Counted from the stretch's first letter, positions 37,766-48,593 are shown. The stretch is DNA of 64,000 nucleotides from Bacteroides sp. (GCA_014801485.1 JAAVEC010000019.1:2176-66175), one strand, 5' to 3'. Translations and numbers: made by a program. The notes: generated from the letters alone by a model not told the origin.

Positions 37766-39033
37766 TATTTGTTCAGTTCAATGGCGTTGATATAATTGTG
37801 GTGGCGCAGCATATTGGCTGCCTTGGCGTTGTGCACGTATTCGCGCAGCAGGCGCCGGCCCTCCTCGGGCGAGCACAGCTTGCGGGCCTCGCGGATTTCG
37901 GAGTAGGAGCCGCGGGGCGCCTCCACGAAGGCCACGAGATTCTGCCAGCCTTCGGGCTCGGCCACTCCGGTCATGGAGCTGTCGTTGATTTTCTTGTAGG
38001 GCCAGAAGGTGTAGCCTATGTTGTGATCACGCATCACGTGCACGAAGTTGTTCATCCACTCGTCGCTGTTGTGGCCTATCTCTCCCATATACATGGGCAG
38101 CCCTGTGGAGTCGCGGAAGGCGATGTAGCTGTCGATTGCCTCGGCCGTGGGCTCGCCGCCGTAGCGGTGGCAGGTATACATGATGTTGTTGTCAAACTCC
38201 CAGTCCGTGAAGTTGCCGAAGTAGCTGTTCCACTGCGGGCCGCCCAGCAGCACTATATGGTTGGGGTCGTGACGGCGGATTTCGGCCGTGGCGAGCTTGT
38301 AGAGGGGTTCCAGGGCAGCGTTGAGCGAGTCCCGCTCCTCGCCTTCCCAGTAGGTGGCCACGGGTTCGTTGGCCAGCTCGTAGCCCAGAATCACGTCTTC
38401 ATCGGCATAGTGTGCGGCGATGCGCCCCCAGATGTCGGCAAACTGTCGCTGTGCCGTGCTGTCGGTCATGAGCCAGGGATACCCGTAGCTGTCGTCGATA
38501 TTGTCGCCGGTCTGTCCACCGGGGCAGTCGTGCATGTCGAGGATCAGGCGTATGTTGTTTCGTCCGGCCCATGCCACGCAGCTGTCGATGCGCGCAAATC
38601 CCTCGTCGGGATTGTTGGTGCCCATGTAGTCTTCGGAGGTGAAAAGCTTGTAGTGGAAGGGCACGCGCACGGTGTTGGCGCCCGTCGAGGCGATGAAGTC
38701 AAAGTCTTCGGCCGTGATGTAGTTGTCTTTGAAGTCCTGCCAGAATTCTGCAGCGGCAGTGGGGCCCACCAGCTCGCAGAGGGCTTCGTTGATCATGCGC
38801 GGGGAATTGACGCGGCGGAAGCCAAACATGTAGCCCTCCGGATTGAGCCAGTTGCCCAGGTTGGTGCCTTTGATGTAGAATTTCTCGCCCTTGGAGTTTA
38901 CGATGTCGTGGCCTTCCACGCGCAGGAAGTCGGGCCCGGAAGCTGAGGCCTCCCCGGTCTTGTCGTGGCACGAGGCCACGGCAAGGAGGGCGCCGGTAAA
39001 TAAAGAAAGTCTTAGAAAGCGGGTAATCATCAT
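37765..39033 (-). CDS. GH5 endo-beta-glucanase lipoprotein (possibly subfamily 46)
   Basis: Lipobox VASC; GNWLNPEGYM, VRVPF, YELANEP (acid/base), MGEIG (nucleophile) and FWPYKK. Confidence 0.9.
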   Translation of the reverse strand: MMITRFLRLSLFTGALLAVASCHDKTGEASASGPDFLRVEGHDIVNSKGEKFYIKGTNLGNWLNPEGYMFGFRRVNSPRMINEALCELVGPTAAAEFWQDFKDNYITAEDFDFIASTGANTVRVPFHYKLFTSEDYMGTNNPDEGFARIDSCVAWAGRNNIRLILDMHDCPGGQTGDNIDDSYGYPWLMTDSTAQRQFADIWGRIAAHYADEDVILGYELANEPVATYWEGEERDSLNAALEPLYKLATAEIRRHDPNHIVLLGGPQWNSYFGNFTDWEFDNNIMYTCHRYGGEPTAEAIDSYIAFRDSTGLPMYMGEIGHNSDEWMNNFVHVMRDHNIGYTFWPYKKINDSSMTGVAEPEGWQNLVAFVEAPRGSYSEIREARKLCSPEEGRRLLREYVHNAKAANMLRHHNYINAIELNK

Positions 39034-39034
39034 A

Positions 39035-41380
39035 TCAGAGAATGTTAGGGGTGGTCCACACCTTGGTGGCTGTGCATGCGGCCTTGGTCTTGCAGCCGCC
39101 TATGGTAAATTCAAATTCGCCTTTTTCGAGGGTCCAGCGGCCGTCGTAGCCCACGAATGCCAGGGCCGATGCCGGGATGGTGAACTCCACCTTGCGGCTT
39201 TCGCCGGGCTTGAGGTTGATTTTCTCGAAGCCGCGCACGCGCAGCACGTCGGGGGTGATCGAAGCCACCAGGTCGGAGCTGTAGAGTATCACGGGTTCCA
39301 TGCCCTCGGCAGCGCCGGTGTTGCGCACCTCCACAGATATGGTGATGTCGTCGTCGGCGGTGAATTCGGTCTTGTCCACGGCGATGCCGCTGTATTCAAA
39401 TGTGGTATAGCTCATGCCGAAGCCGAAGGGCCACTGCACGTCGATATCGGCCGAGTAGTTGTAGGCTCCGCTCATGGTGGCCACGGTCTCGCAGGGCTTG
39501 TGGTCGTAGGTGGCGAGGGCGTTGATCCAGCGGGGGTAGGTGTAGGGGAGCTTGGCGCTGAAGTTGCGCTTGCCCGATAGGAGCAGGGCCAGGGCGTCGC
39601 CGCCGTAGTTGCCCGGCAGCAGCACGTCCACCACGGCGGCTGCCAGCGGCTCGATCTCGCGGATGATGCGCGGGCGGCCTTCGTTGAGCACCAGCACTAT
39701 GGGCTTGCCGGTCTTGGCCAGGGCCTTCACGAGCTCGGTCTGATTCGCCGAGAGGTGCAGGTCGTTGGTGTTGCCGGGGGTCTCGCAGTAGGAGTTCTCG
39801 CCTATGCAGGCCACGATCACGTCGGCATTGCGGGCGGCGGCCACGGCGCGGTCTATGCGCAGGTTCTGCTCGGCCTCCCAGCGGCCATAGTCGGCCACGT
39901 AGTCCATGCCCTGCTCCAGCACCACGTTGGCGGCGCCGTATTCATCGCGGAGCGCCTCATAGATGGTGTTGTAGCCTTCGTGATACACGGGCTCGTCGGT
40001 GCCCTGCCACGTGTAGGACCATCCGCCGTTGAGCGAGCGCATGGAATTGGCGTTCGGTCCGGTCACGAGGATGCGCATGCCGTGGGCAATGGGCAGCACG
40101 GCGCCCTCGTTCTTGAGCAGGATTTCGCTCTGCACGGCCAGTTCGAGCGCCTTCTCGGCGTGCTGCTCGCTGCCGAAGAGCGGATATTGGGCGGGATTGG
40201 TGGCCGGAGTCTCGAAGAGGCCCAGGCGCAGCTTGAAGCGCAGGATGCGCTTCACGGCGTCGTCCACGCGTGCCTGCGCCACCTTGCCCTCCTGCACGAG
40301 TTCCTTGAGCAGGGTGCAGAATTCCACGTCGTAGGGCGTCATCGACATATCCACGCCGGCATTCACGGCCAGCATGATGGCTTCCTTATAATCGGCGGCA
40401 ATCTTGTCGCGGCGCCAGAGATTGTGGATATCGGCCCAGTCGGTCACGATCATGCCGTCCCAGTCGAGTTCTTCCTTGAGCCACACCGTGAGCATCTCAT
40501 AATTGGCGTGGAAGGGCATGCCGTTGTTCACGCCCGAGTTCACCATCACGGAGAGGGCTCCGGCGCGGATTGCCTCCTTGAAGGGATGGAAATACTTCTC
40601 GCGCAGGTCCACGGGATTGATCGAGGCGGGCGTGCGGTCTTTGCCCGTCACGGGGTTGCCGTAGGCCATATAGTGCTTGAGGCAGGCTCCCACATTTTGC
40701 GGGCCCACGTGGTTGGGGTCGTCGCCCTGATAGCCCTTGACCATGGCCACGGCCATCTCGCCGTTGATGTAAGGGTCTTCGCCGAAGCTCTCCCAGATGC
40801 GGCTCCACACGGGATTGCGGCCCAGGTCCATCACGGGATTATATACCCAGGGGATGGAGGCGGCGCGGCTCTCGTAGGCGCAGATTGCCGCACCGTCGCG
40901 CACGAGGTCGCGGTTGAAAGATGCAGCCATGTTGATTTCCTGCGGGAAGAGCGTGCCGCCTGTGGTGTAGGTGGTGCCGTGATTCTGGTCCACGCCGTAG
41001 ATATCGGGCACACCTATATATTTCATCGAAGCTTCCTGGATACCGCTCACGAGGCGATACCACGTATCGAGGTCCTGAGCGTGGCCTTGTGCGGTGTTCA
41101 GGATCGACCCCACGCGATAGGTGTTGAAAATGGTATCGAGCTTGGCCGGGTCAAGCACCACGCTTCCGTCGGAGAGGCTGTCGGCACACACGAGGTCGAC
41201 CACCACTTCACACATCTGGCCCACCTTGTCGTCGAGCGACATTCCGGAGAGAATCTTCTCCACGCGGGCTTCTATTTCTTTGTCGACGGGAATAGCCGGG
41301 CCGGCATTGCCGGAGCCGCCGTCGTGCCCACACCCTGCAAGCAGGGCGGCAGATGCAAGAGCTGTGAGTATTTTTCGCAT
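39035..41380 (-). CDS. GH3 beta-glucosidase (BglX-like lipoprotein)
   Basis: Lipobox LAGC; WSRIWESFGEDP, LKHY, IVTDWADI and PFGFGMSYT; start reassigned to MRKILT. Confidence 0.95.
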   Translation of the reverse strand: MRKILTALASAALLAGCGHDGGSGNAGPAIPVDKEIEARVEKILSGMSLDDKVGQMCEVVVDLVCADSLSDGSVVLDPAKLDTIFNTYRVGSILNTAQGHAQDLDTWYRLVSGIQEASMKYIGVPDIYGVDQNHGTTYTTGGTLFPQEINMAASFNRDLVRDGAAICAYESRAASIPWVYNPVMDLGRNPVWSRIWESFGEDPYINGEMAVAMVKGYQGDDPNHVGPQNVGACLKHYMAYGNPVTGKDRTPASINPVDLREKYFHPFKEAIRAGALSVMVNSGVNNGMPFHANYEMLTVWLKEELDWDGMIVTDWADIHNLWRRDKIAADYKEAIMLAVNAGVDMSMTPYDVEFCTLLKELVQEGKVAQARVDDAVKRILRFKLRLGLFETPATNPAQYPLFGSEQHAEKALELAVQSEILLKNEGAVLPIAHGMRILVTGPNANSMRSLNGGWSYTWQGTDEPVYHEGYNTIYEALRDEYGAANVVLEQGMDYVADYGRWEAEQNLRIDRAVAAARNADVIVACIGENSYCETPGNTNDLHLSANQTELVKALAKTGKPIVLVLNEGRPRIIREIEPLAAAVVDVLLPGNYGGDALALLLSGKRNFSAKLPYTYPRWINALATYDHKPCETVATMSGAYNYSADIDVQWPFGFGMSYTTFEYSGIAVDKTEFTADDDITISVEVRNTGAAEGMEPVILYSSDLVASITPDVLRVRGFEKINLKPGESRKVEFTIPASALAFVGYDGRWTLEKGEFEFTIGGCKTKAACTATKVWTTPNIL

Positions 41381-41661
41381 AATGATATAGAGATTTTGGT
41401 TTGTGGCGTAGTTCATGGCCGGCGGAAGAATGCCGTTTTGCACATCAAAAATAGTAATTATATATAAATAATGCCCGCGCAGGTATTAATAAGGTAAATA
41501 TGGCTCCCGGTTGCACGCCGCAATGCGCTGATTATTAGCTGTCGGTGTTTTTGGCGGCCCGAAAATAAGTAAATTTGCGGCATGCCGTAGAGGTTGAAAT
41601 TTTGACATATTATTATTAATTATTATCTTTGCTCCGCTCACCAGCACACGCAAGTACTACC

Positions 41662-43311
41662 ATGACTGCATCTGCCCTCCGCTCCCTATGCCTGCTCTGC
41701 GCCCTCTGGGCGTGCGCAGCCGTGCACGCCGCTTCGCCGCAGGTGGAGGCAATACTCGCACGCCTCGACTCGGTGCTTGCAGCCCACGACGAGCTCGTGG
41801 AGAAAAAAGAAATGCGCATCGACCACATGCGCCACGCGTTCAACTCCGCCCCAAGCGACGCCGAGCGCCTTGCCATGAGCCGCCGCCTCTACGACGAATA
41901 CACGGTGTACGATTCCGATTCGGCCCTGCTATATGCCCTCACCACCATCCGGCTGATGGAGCGCACCGCCCCGGGCGACTACGACGACCTGGCCGCATGG
42001 CGCCTCAACGAAGCGTTCATCTACACCGTGCAGGGACGCTTCGAGGATGCCCTGGCGGTGCTCAACGCCATAGACACCTCGCGCCTGTCGGCCGAAGTGA
42101 AGGCGAGATACTTCTACACCGCGTCGTATGCCCATTCGATGTACTCCATGTACCTCCACGACAACCACGAGCAGTGGAGAGACCACCTGGCCAAGGCCAA
42201 CGCCTATCGGGATTCCATCTGCACGCCGGGCCTGCCCCGGTCTGAGGAATGGATGTGGGTGCCCCTGTCGATGGCCACCGATAAGGAGCATAAAGACATC
42301 TCCGGGCTGGACGTCTCGGCCATCAGGCAGAGCGTCGACAATGCCACCGAGCCCACGCGCCTCAATGCCATTAACTCCTACTGGCTGGCCCGATACTACG
42401 AAGTGGCCGAAGAACCCGACTCCCTCATATATTATATGGCCAGGGCTGCTATTTTCGACGCTCAGATAGTGAACCGCGAGATAGCCGCCTTGCACGAGCT
42501 GGCTACACATCTCTTTGATCGCGGCGACCTCAACCGCGCCTATAACTATCTGCTCTACGACGTCAGGCAGGCCAACCTCTACCACAACCGCTACCGCATT
42601 GTGGCACTCTCGAATATCCTCCCCGAGGTGCGCGATGCTTATCGTGCCGAAATCGAGAAACGCGACCGCAGGCTGTCGGCCTTCGTGTGGGTGCTGGCGG
42701 CGCTTTCAATAGTGCTGGCCGTGATGATTCTTGTGATAGTGATAGAATTCAGGCGCCTCAGAAACACCCGCAATCTCCTGAAGATTGCAAACGACGAACT
42801 CAGCGCCTCGATCGCCCAGCGCGACAAAGCCATCGACAGCCTGGAGCAGTCAAACGCATCGTTGTCGGATGCCAATAAGCAGAAGCTGGGCATCCTCGCG
42901 TACACTTTCAAGCTCACCACCCAGTATATCAACGCCCTTGAAGACTACCGCAAGAAACTCCTCAAGCGCTATCGCGCCCGGCAGATCGACGAGCTGGGCG
43001 TGCTGCTCAACAATCCCGATCTGATCAAGGAGCAGTATCAGGAGTTCTACGAGAGCTTCGACAGGATGGTGCTCTCGATCTTCCCGGATTTCGTGGAAGA
43101 ATATAATGCCGCCGCTGCCGCCCCCGACCGCGTCTCGGCCGCCGCGATAGCCCGGACCCGTACACTCAACACACGCCTGCGCATCCATGCACTGCGCCGG
43201 CTGGGCGTGACGAAGAGCGCCGACATCGCCGCCATGCTCAACGTGTCGATCCGCACCGTCTACAACAACCGCAGCAACGCCGCAGGCACTCCCGAAGAAC
43301 CGGAGAACTAA
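41662..43311 (+). CDS. SusR-like (DUF6377) transmembrane transcriptional regulator
   Basis: Signal peptide, helical periplasmic domain, one TM helix, coiled coil, FYESFDRMVLSIFPDFVEEYN and C-terminal HTH RIHALRRLGV…IAAMLNVSIRTVYNNR. Confidence 0.88.
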   Translation: MTASALRSLCLLCALWACAAVHAASPQVEAILARLDSVLAAHDELVEKKEMRIDHMRHAFNSAPSDAERLAMSRRLYDEYTVYDSDSALLYALTTIRLMERTAPGDYDDLAAWRLNEAFIYTVQGRFEDALAVLNAIDTSRLSAEVKARYFYTASYAHSMYSMYLHDNHEQWRDHLAKANAYRDSICTPGLPRSEEWMWVPLSMATDKEHKDISGLDVSAIRQSVDNATEPTRLNAINSYWLARYYEVAEEPDSLIYYMARAAIFDAQIVNREIAALHELATHLFDRGDLNRAYNYLLYDVRQANLYHNRYRIVALSNILPEVRDAYRAEIEKRDRRLSAFVWVLAALSIVLAVMILVIVIEFRRLRNTRNLLKIANDELSASIAQRDKAIDSLEQSNASLSDANKQKLGILAYTFKLTTQYINALEDYRKKLLKRYRARQIDELGVLLNNPDLIKEQYQEFYESFDRMVLSIFPDFVEEYNAAAAAPDRVSAAAIARTRTLNTRLRIHALRRLGVTKSADIAAMLNVSIRTVYNNRSNAAGTPEEPEN

Positions 43312-43349
43312 GGCGCCGGTGGCGCCGCGATTTACTGAGTTGTAGAGGG

Positions 43350-43374
43350 TAATATATTGATTTCCAATAGATTA
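43350..43374. promoter_or_regulatory. Palindrome upstream of the susC promoter, candidate regulator site
   Basis: TAATATATTG-N5-CAATAGATTA (9/10 inverted match) about 55 nt upstream of TAATTTTG at 43431. Confidence 0.45.
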
Positions 43375-43524
43375 GCTCTGCTGAATTTTACTTTATTTGT
43401 ACCGCGCTTAAAATGCTTTGGCGCATTGGTTAATTTTGCATAATCCGAAGAAGGCCCAAGAGCTTTCGGAGGCTATTTATTACAGAAACTCATAAATCTA
43501 ATATTAACCAACAAATCCAGTAGC

Positions 43525-46500
43525 ATGGAAAAACGCAAACATCATGTGATTGAACGGCTTCTGTCGTTCGTTGCTATGTTCTGGTTTGCCGGATTGTGCG
43601 CGTTTGCACAGAATATCACGACAACCGGAACGGTGACAGATGAGGAAGGTGAGCCGCTGATCGGTGTATCGGTGCTCGTCCAAGGTTCCACTCACGGTAT
43701 CACGACCGACCTCGACGGCCATTATACCATTACGACAGCTCAAGGCTCGAAACTCGTATTTTCGTATGTGGGCTCGCAGACACAGACCCACGACGCCGTG
43801 AACGGCGTGCTCGACATCACACTCCTGCCGCAGTCTAATATGCTCGACCAGGTGGTGGTTGTGGGCTACGGCGTGCAGCGCAAGAGCGACGTCACCGGCG
43901 CCATCTCGAAAGTGGACGGTACCTCCCTCGAAAACCTCACCGTGAACAATCCCACGGCAGCCCTTGCCGGCAAGACCTCGGGCGTGCAGGTTGTGAGCAC
44001 CTCCGGTGCCCCCGGATCAAGCCCCACGATCCGCGTGCGCGGCTACTCATCCAACTCCGACATGGCTCCCCTCTACGTGGTGGACGGCATCCGCCTCTCC
44101 GATATCTCAGGTATCGACCCCAGCCAGATCGAGTCGATTGAAGTGCTCAAGGACGGTGCGTCGGCAGCCATCTACGGCGCGCAGGCAGGTAATGGTGTGG
44201 TTCTCATCACCACCAAGGGCGCCGACCGCAACAACAGCGGCTCCATACGCTACGACTTCCAGTACGTGAACGAGACCGTGGGCCATCGTCCGGCCATGCT
44301 CAACGCGCAGGAATACATGACATATATGGTAGAGGCCGGAGCACTCGCCCAGGATGCCTTCGTGGCCGGCGGCTGGAACGGCAAGACCGATACCGACTGG
44401 TTCGACGTGGCATTCGGCAGCGGCAGCCAGTTCAAACACACCGTCACCTTCGAAGGCGCGAGCGACAAGGGCTCGCTGCTCGCTTCCGTGGCTTATCTCA
44501 CCAACGACGGCCCCGTGCGCGGCAACTCCGACTACTACAAGCGCCTTTCCGGCAATATCAACGCCGACTACCAGATCAAACCCTGGTTCAAGGTGGGTAC
44601 CACCGCCATTCTCGAACGCTGGCAGACACGCACCGTATCCGCGTCCGACGGCTGGGGTGCCATGCTCACATCCGTCTATGCCCTCGACCCCCTCACTCCC
44701 AACACCGTGAGCCCCGCAGATGTGGCCGGCTACGCCAATATGATGGCCCACCAGAGTGAACTCCTCACCAACGCCAACGGCGATTACTACGGCATATCGG
44801 CCTTCTACACAGGCGAAAACGTTCATCCCATGATTATGCGCGACCGCCAGACCGACAAGAACTCCGGCTTCAACGTCACCGGCTCGGCCTACGCCATATT
44901 CAACCCCTGGAAACCCCTCAGCATCACGTCGCGCTTCGGCTATCGCCTTTCGTCGAGCCACAACTCGCACTACGAAGTTCCTTACTTCGGCTCCGTGCAG
45001 GCCACCAGCCCTAACCTCTCCATCAACGCCGCCAACGGCACAGGCGTTTACTATCAGTGGGAAAACTTCGCCAACTACAGCCAGACCTTCAATGAAGTGC
45101 ATGCCGTTTCGGCCATGGCCGGTCTGTCGTTCCAGAAAGACGTGTACAGCAGCACCTACGGCGCTGCCAACCAGGATGGCGACGTGCCCGCTATTCCCGT
45201 GAACAATCCCGAGCTATGGGGCTATCTCGACTATGCCAACGCCGGTGCAGCCAAGGGCGTGGGCGGCGGCGAGAGCGTGAGCACGCAGTACTCGTGGTTT
45301 GGCCGCGTGGGCTACACCTACGACAACAAGTACATGGTGCAGGCCTCCCTGCGCGGCGACGCCTATGATAATTCCAAGCTCCCCCTCACCAACCGCTGGG
45401 GCTACTTCCCCTCCGTGAGCGCCGGCTGGACCATCAGCCAGGAAGACTTCATGGGATGGAGCCGTCCCGCAATGGATTTCCTGAAAATCCGCTTCTCGTG
45501 GGGTAAGAACGGCTCGGTTGCTCCCCTGGGCGGCTACTCCTACGGTTCCATCATCGGCCCGTTCGACGCAGGCAACTACGGCTGGGGCCAGTGGGGCAAC
45601 GCCGTATGGACCTGGGACACCACCCAGAGCGGCAGCTACAAGTGGTACAACGGCAACGGTCCCACCACCATGGGCAATAACGAACTCTCATGGGAGACCA
45701 TGACGCAGTGGGACCTCGGCTTCGACGCCCGCTTCTTCAACAACCGCCTGTCTGTGGGCTTCGACTATTTCCACAAGACCACCGACGGCCTGCTCGTGAG
45801 CGGCGTGGTGCCCACCCTCTCCCTCGGCGGCGTCACCTCGCCCATCAATGCAGGCGGCGTGCTCAACGAGGGCGTGGAGCTTGATCTGGGTTGGCAGGAT
45901 CGCGTGGGCGACTTCCGCTACAGCGTATCGGCCAACGTATCGACCCTGCGCAACAAGGTGACGAAGCTCCATCCCACCGTACCCATCATCAACGGTACGT
46001 CGTTCTCCAACATCGTTGTCACCCGCTTTGAGGTGGGCGAAAAGGTATGGCACTTCTACGGCTACGACTACGCCGGCGTCGACAGCGAGACCGGCCGCGC
46101 GCTCTACTGGGTGGAACGCGACGGACAGCGCGTGACCACCGACGCTCCCGAAGAAAGCGACAAGACCAACATCGGCGACGCTATCCCCGACGTGACTCTG
46201 GGTCTCAATATCAGTCTTGCCTACAAGGGCTTTGATTTCAACCTCAACGGTTCGGGCCAGTTCGGCAACCAGATGTACATGTGTATCCAGCGTCAGGACC
46301 GTCTCACGTCGAACCGCATGAAGGACGTGTTCTACACCGACCGCTGGACCGAAAGCAACCGCAACGGCTCAATTCCCTCCGCCATCGCCATCAACCAGGG
46401 CACCGATGCCGAGCGCTATCTGTTCTCCTCGGCAATGGTCACCGACGCATCCTTCTTCAAGATCCGCCAGATTCAGCTGGGCTACACCATCCCGAAGGCA

Positions 46501-46686
46501 ATCACCCGCAAGGCATTCGTGGAGAACTTCCGCGCGTATGTGTCGCTCGACGATTTCTTCACCTTCACCAAGTACAAAGGCCTCGATCCCGAAGTATCGG
46601 CCGGTACGGGCCCCAGCCAGGGTCTCGACCTGGGCGGATATCCCGTGACCCGCAAGCTGAGCGTAGGTTTCAACGTAACGTTCTAA
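43525..46686 (+). CDS. susC: SusC/RagA TonB-dependent transporter
   Basis: GEPLIGVSV, VVVGYG, IEVLKDGASAAIYGAQAGNGVVLITTK and C-terminal GFNVTF. Confidence 0.97.
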   Translation: MEKRKHHVIERLLSFVAMFWFAGLCAFAQNITTTGTVTDEEGEPLIGVSVLVQGSTHGITTDLDGHYTITTAQGSKLVFSYVGSQTQTHDAVNGVLDITLLPQSNMLDQVVVVGYGVQRKSDVTGAISKVDGTSLENLTVNNPTAALAGKTSGVQVVSTSGAPGSSPTIRVRGYSSNSDMAPLYVVDGIRLSDISGIDPSQIESIEVLKDGASAAIYGAQAGNGVVLITTKGADRNNSGSIRYDFQYVNETVGHRPAMLNAQEYMTYMVEAGALAQDAFVAGGWNGKTDTDWFDVAFGSGSQFKHTVTFEGASDKGSLLASVAYLTNDGPVRGNSDYYKRLSGNINADYQIKPWFKVGTTAILERWQTRTVSASDGWGAMLTSVYALDPLTPNTVSPADVAGYANMMAHQSELLTNANGDYYGISAFYTGENVHPMIMRDRQTDKNSGFNVTGSAYAIFNPWKPLSITSRFGYRLSSSHNSHYEVPYFGSVQATSPNLSINAANGTGVYYQWENFANYSQTFNEVHAVSAMAGLSFQKDVYSSTYGAANQDGDVPAIPVNNPELWGYLDYANAGAAKGVGGGESVSTQYSWFGRVGYTYDNKYMVQASLRGDAYDNSKLPLTNRWGYFPSVSAGWTISQEDFMGWSRPAMDFLKIRFSWGKNGSVAPLGGYSYGSIIGPFDAGNYGWGQWGNAVWTWDTTQSGSYKWYNGNGPTTMGNNELSWETMTQWDLGFDARFFNNRLSVGFDYFHKTTDGLLVSGVVPTLSLGGVTSPINAGGVLNEGVELDLGWQDRVGDFRYSVSANVSTLRNKVTKLHPTVPIINGTSFSNIVVTRFEVGEKVWHFYGYDYAGVDSETGRALYWVERDGQRVTTDAPEESDKTNIGDAIPDVTLGLNISLAYKGFDFNLNGSGQFGNQMYMCIQRQDRLTSNRMKDVFYTDRWTESNRNGSIPSAIAINQGTDAERYLFSSAMVTDASFFKIRQIQLGYTIPKAITRKAFVENFRAYVSLDDFFTFTKYKGLDPEVSAGTGPSQGLDLGGYPVTRKLSVGFNVTF

Positions 46687-46705
46687 ATTCAAACAGAATT
46701 TCGCA

Positions 46706-48319
46706 ATGAAAAAATCAATATATTCAATGCTTCTGGCCGCCGGCCTGGGCATGTGTGCGGTTAGTTGCACCGACGAGCTCGACGTTCCTCAGAAAGGCGT
46801 GTACGAAACCGACAAATACTACTCTACCGACGATGAGGCCCTGAGTGCGCTCGCTCTCTCGATGTCGTACATCAACAACATGGCCTTCGAGATAATCCAG
46901 TCCATCAACTGTCTCAGCGACGACGTGTGGCCCGGCGGCTCAAACGCCGGCGACCAGCCCGGCCTGCACCAGTTCTCGGGATTCTACATCTCCACCGAGA
47001 ACGATAAGGTGAAAAACATCTACTCCTTCTGCTACCGCCTTATCTACTTCTCCAACGTGCTCATCGAGAACGTGGAAGGTAAGCCCGACGCCACTCCCGT
47101 GATGAAGCAGTGCGTGGCCGAGGCCTACTTCCTCCGCGGCTGGGCCGAGTTCTATCTGGGCGTGTTCTGGGGCAATCCCCCCATCGTGGATCATGTGCTT
47201 CAGCCCGATGAATACAACAGCGTGTACAACTCCGAGGACGGAGCCATGCTCGATCAGGCTGCGAGCGATTTCCGCCATGCCATAGAGTCGAACGCCCTGC
47301 CCGTGAAGGCAGCCCTCGGCGACAGGACCAATCTCGCCCACTGCACACTGGCAGCCGCACAGGGCTATCTGGGCAAGGTTTATCTCTTCCAGAAAAAGTA
47401 TAAGGAAGCAGCCGAGACTCTCGACCTCATCATCGACAGCAAGAAATACGACCTCTACCGCGGCGACTATGCCGATGTAATCAAGGCTCCGTCGAACTGG
47501 AGCGACGAAGGCATCTTCGAAATCAACTGTCCTCCCGGCCAGACCGATGCCACAGCGCCCCAGCTTATGAGCTACGTCTACCAGTATCAGGGATGGCGCG
47601 AAGATTTCTTCGATTTCACCAATCTTGCCGCCGAATTCCAGGCCAACTTCAACACCACCGGCTACGGCTTCTTCAACCCCACCGGCAAGCTGGCGGAAGC
47701 CCTCATCAAGAGCGACGGCAAGGACGGCTACCGCACTACGTCTGTGGTGAAAGACCAGAACTTCGTGGAGAATGTGATGGGCGTAGCCAAGAAAGCTAAC
47801 GCACCCGCCCACGGCCACGGCCTCTATTGCGGCTGGAAGAACCGCTTCGAGTGGTCCGACGTGGCCATGAACTGGGGCGGATGGTCGCCTTTCCCCGCCA
47901 CCAACTTCCGCTACATGCGCTATGCCGAGGTTCTGCTCAGCGCCGCCGAAGCCCACTTCATGAACAATAAGCCCGATAAGGCTCTCGACTACGTGAACGA
48001 AGTGCGCCGCCGCGCTCAGGCCGCCGAGTACACTTCCATCGACATGGACAAGATCAAGCTTGAGCGCCAGGTGGAACTGTGCATGGAAGGCCAGCGCTTT
48101 ATGGACCTCGTGCGCTGGGGCGATGCAGCTACCGTGCTCGCCACCCAGGGCCAGAACATCGAGAAACTCGATATCGATGCCTCAGGCAAATGGATTCTCG
48201 TGCCCGACGACGCATCCAGCCCCTCCTATGGCTTCAAGGCCGGCCGCAACGAGCTTCTTCCTTACCCCAAGGAGGAAATCGATCAGAACCCCAACATAAT
48301 TCAGAATCCCGGCTATTGA
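46706..48319 (+). CDS. susD: SusD/RagB family lipoprotein
   Basis: Lipobox AVSC; AEAYFLRG, RYAEVLL, ERQVELCMEGQRFMDLVRWG and QNPGY. Confidence 0.96.
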   Translation: MKKSIYSMLLAAGLGMCAVSCTDELDVPQKGVYETDKYYSTDDEALSALALSMSYINNMAFEIIQSINCLSDDVWPGGSNAGDQPGLHQFSGFYISTENDKVKNIYSFCYRLIYFSNVLIENVEGKPDATPVMKQCVAEAYFLRGWAEFYLGVFWGNPPIVDHVLQPDEYNSVYNSEDGAMLDQAASDFRHAIESNALPVKAALGDRTNLAHCTLAAAQGYLGKVYLFQKKYKEAAETLDLIIDSKKYDLYRGDYADVIKAPSNWSDEGIFEINCPPGQTDATAPQLMSYVYQYQGWREDFFDFTNLAAEFQANFNTTGYGFFNPTGKLAEALIKSDGKDGYRTTSVVKDQNFVENVMGVAKKANAPAHGHGLYCGWKNRFEWSDVAMNWGGWSPFPATNFRYMRYAEVLLSAAEAHFMNNKPDKALDYVNEVRRRAQAAEYTSIDMDKIKLERQVELCMEGQRFMDLVRWGDAATVLATQGQNIEKLDIDASGKWILVPDDASSPSYGFKAGRNELLPYPKEEIDQNPNIIQNPGY

Positions 48320-48359
48320 TTGAAGGTTAAATATTTGTTTAGGTAAAAAAGACAATTCG

Positions 48360-48399
48360 TCCGGGACCGTGCTGCTGTGCGGTCCCGGATTTTATTTTT
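48360..48399 (+). terminator. Rho-independent terminator after susD
   Basis: Stem tccgggaccgt / gcggtcccgga followed by ttttattttt. Confidence 0.8.
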
Positions 48400-48454
48400 A
48401 CAACAATCGGGCCTGTCCTAAGATTCCGAAAATCACACCCTGATGATAAGCAAA

Positions 48455-48500
48455 AAAGAGAAGAACGGCAGTGCGGGCCCGCACTGCCGTTCTTCTCTTT
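48455..48500. repeat. Perfect 46-bp palindrome, probable terminator of the TA operon
   Basis: aaagagaagaacggcagtgcggg followed directly by its exact reverse complement, with no spacer. Confidence 0.85.
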
Positions 48501-48593
48501 ACCTGCAAGGACTACTCTTCAGTTTTTTGGAGAAATCGGGCTTGTATGGTCCCGTATATTAAAAAACTGAATATAGTCAAACGACTATCACCT

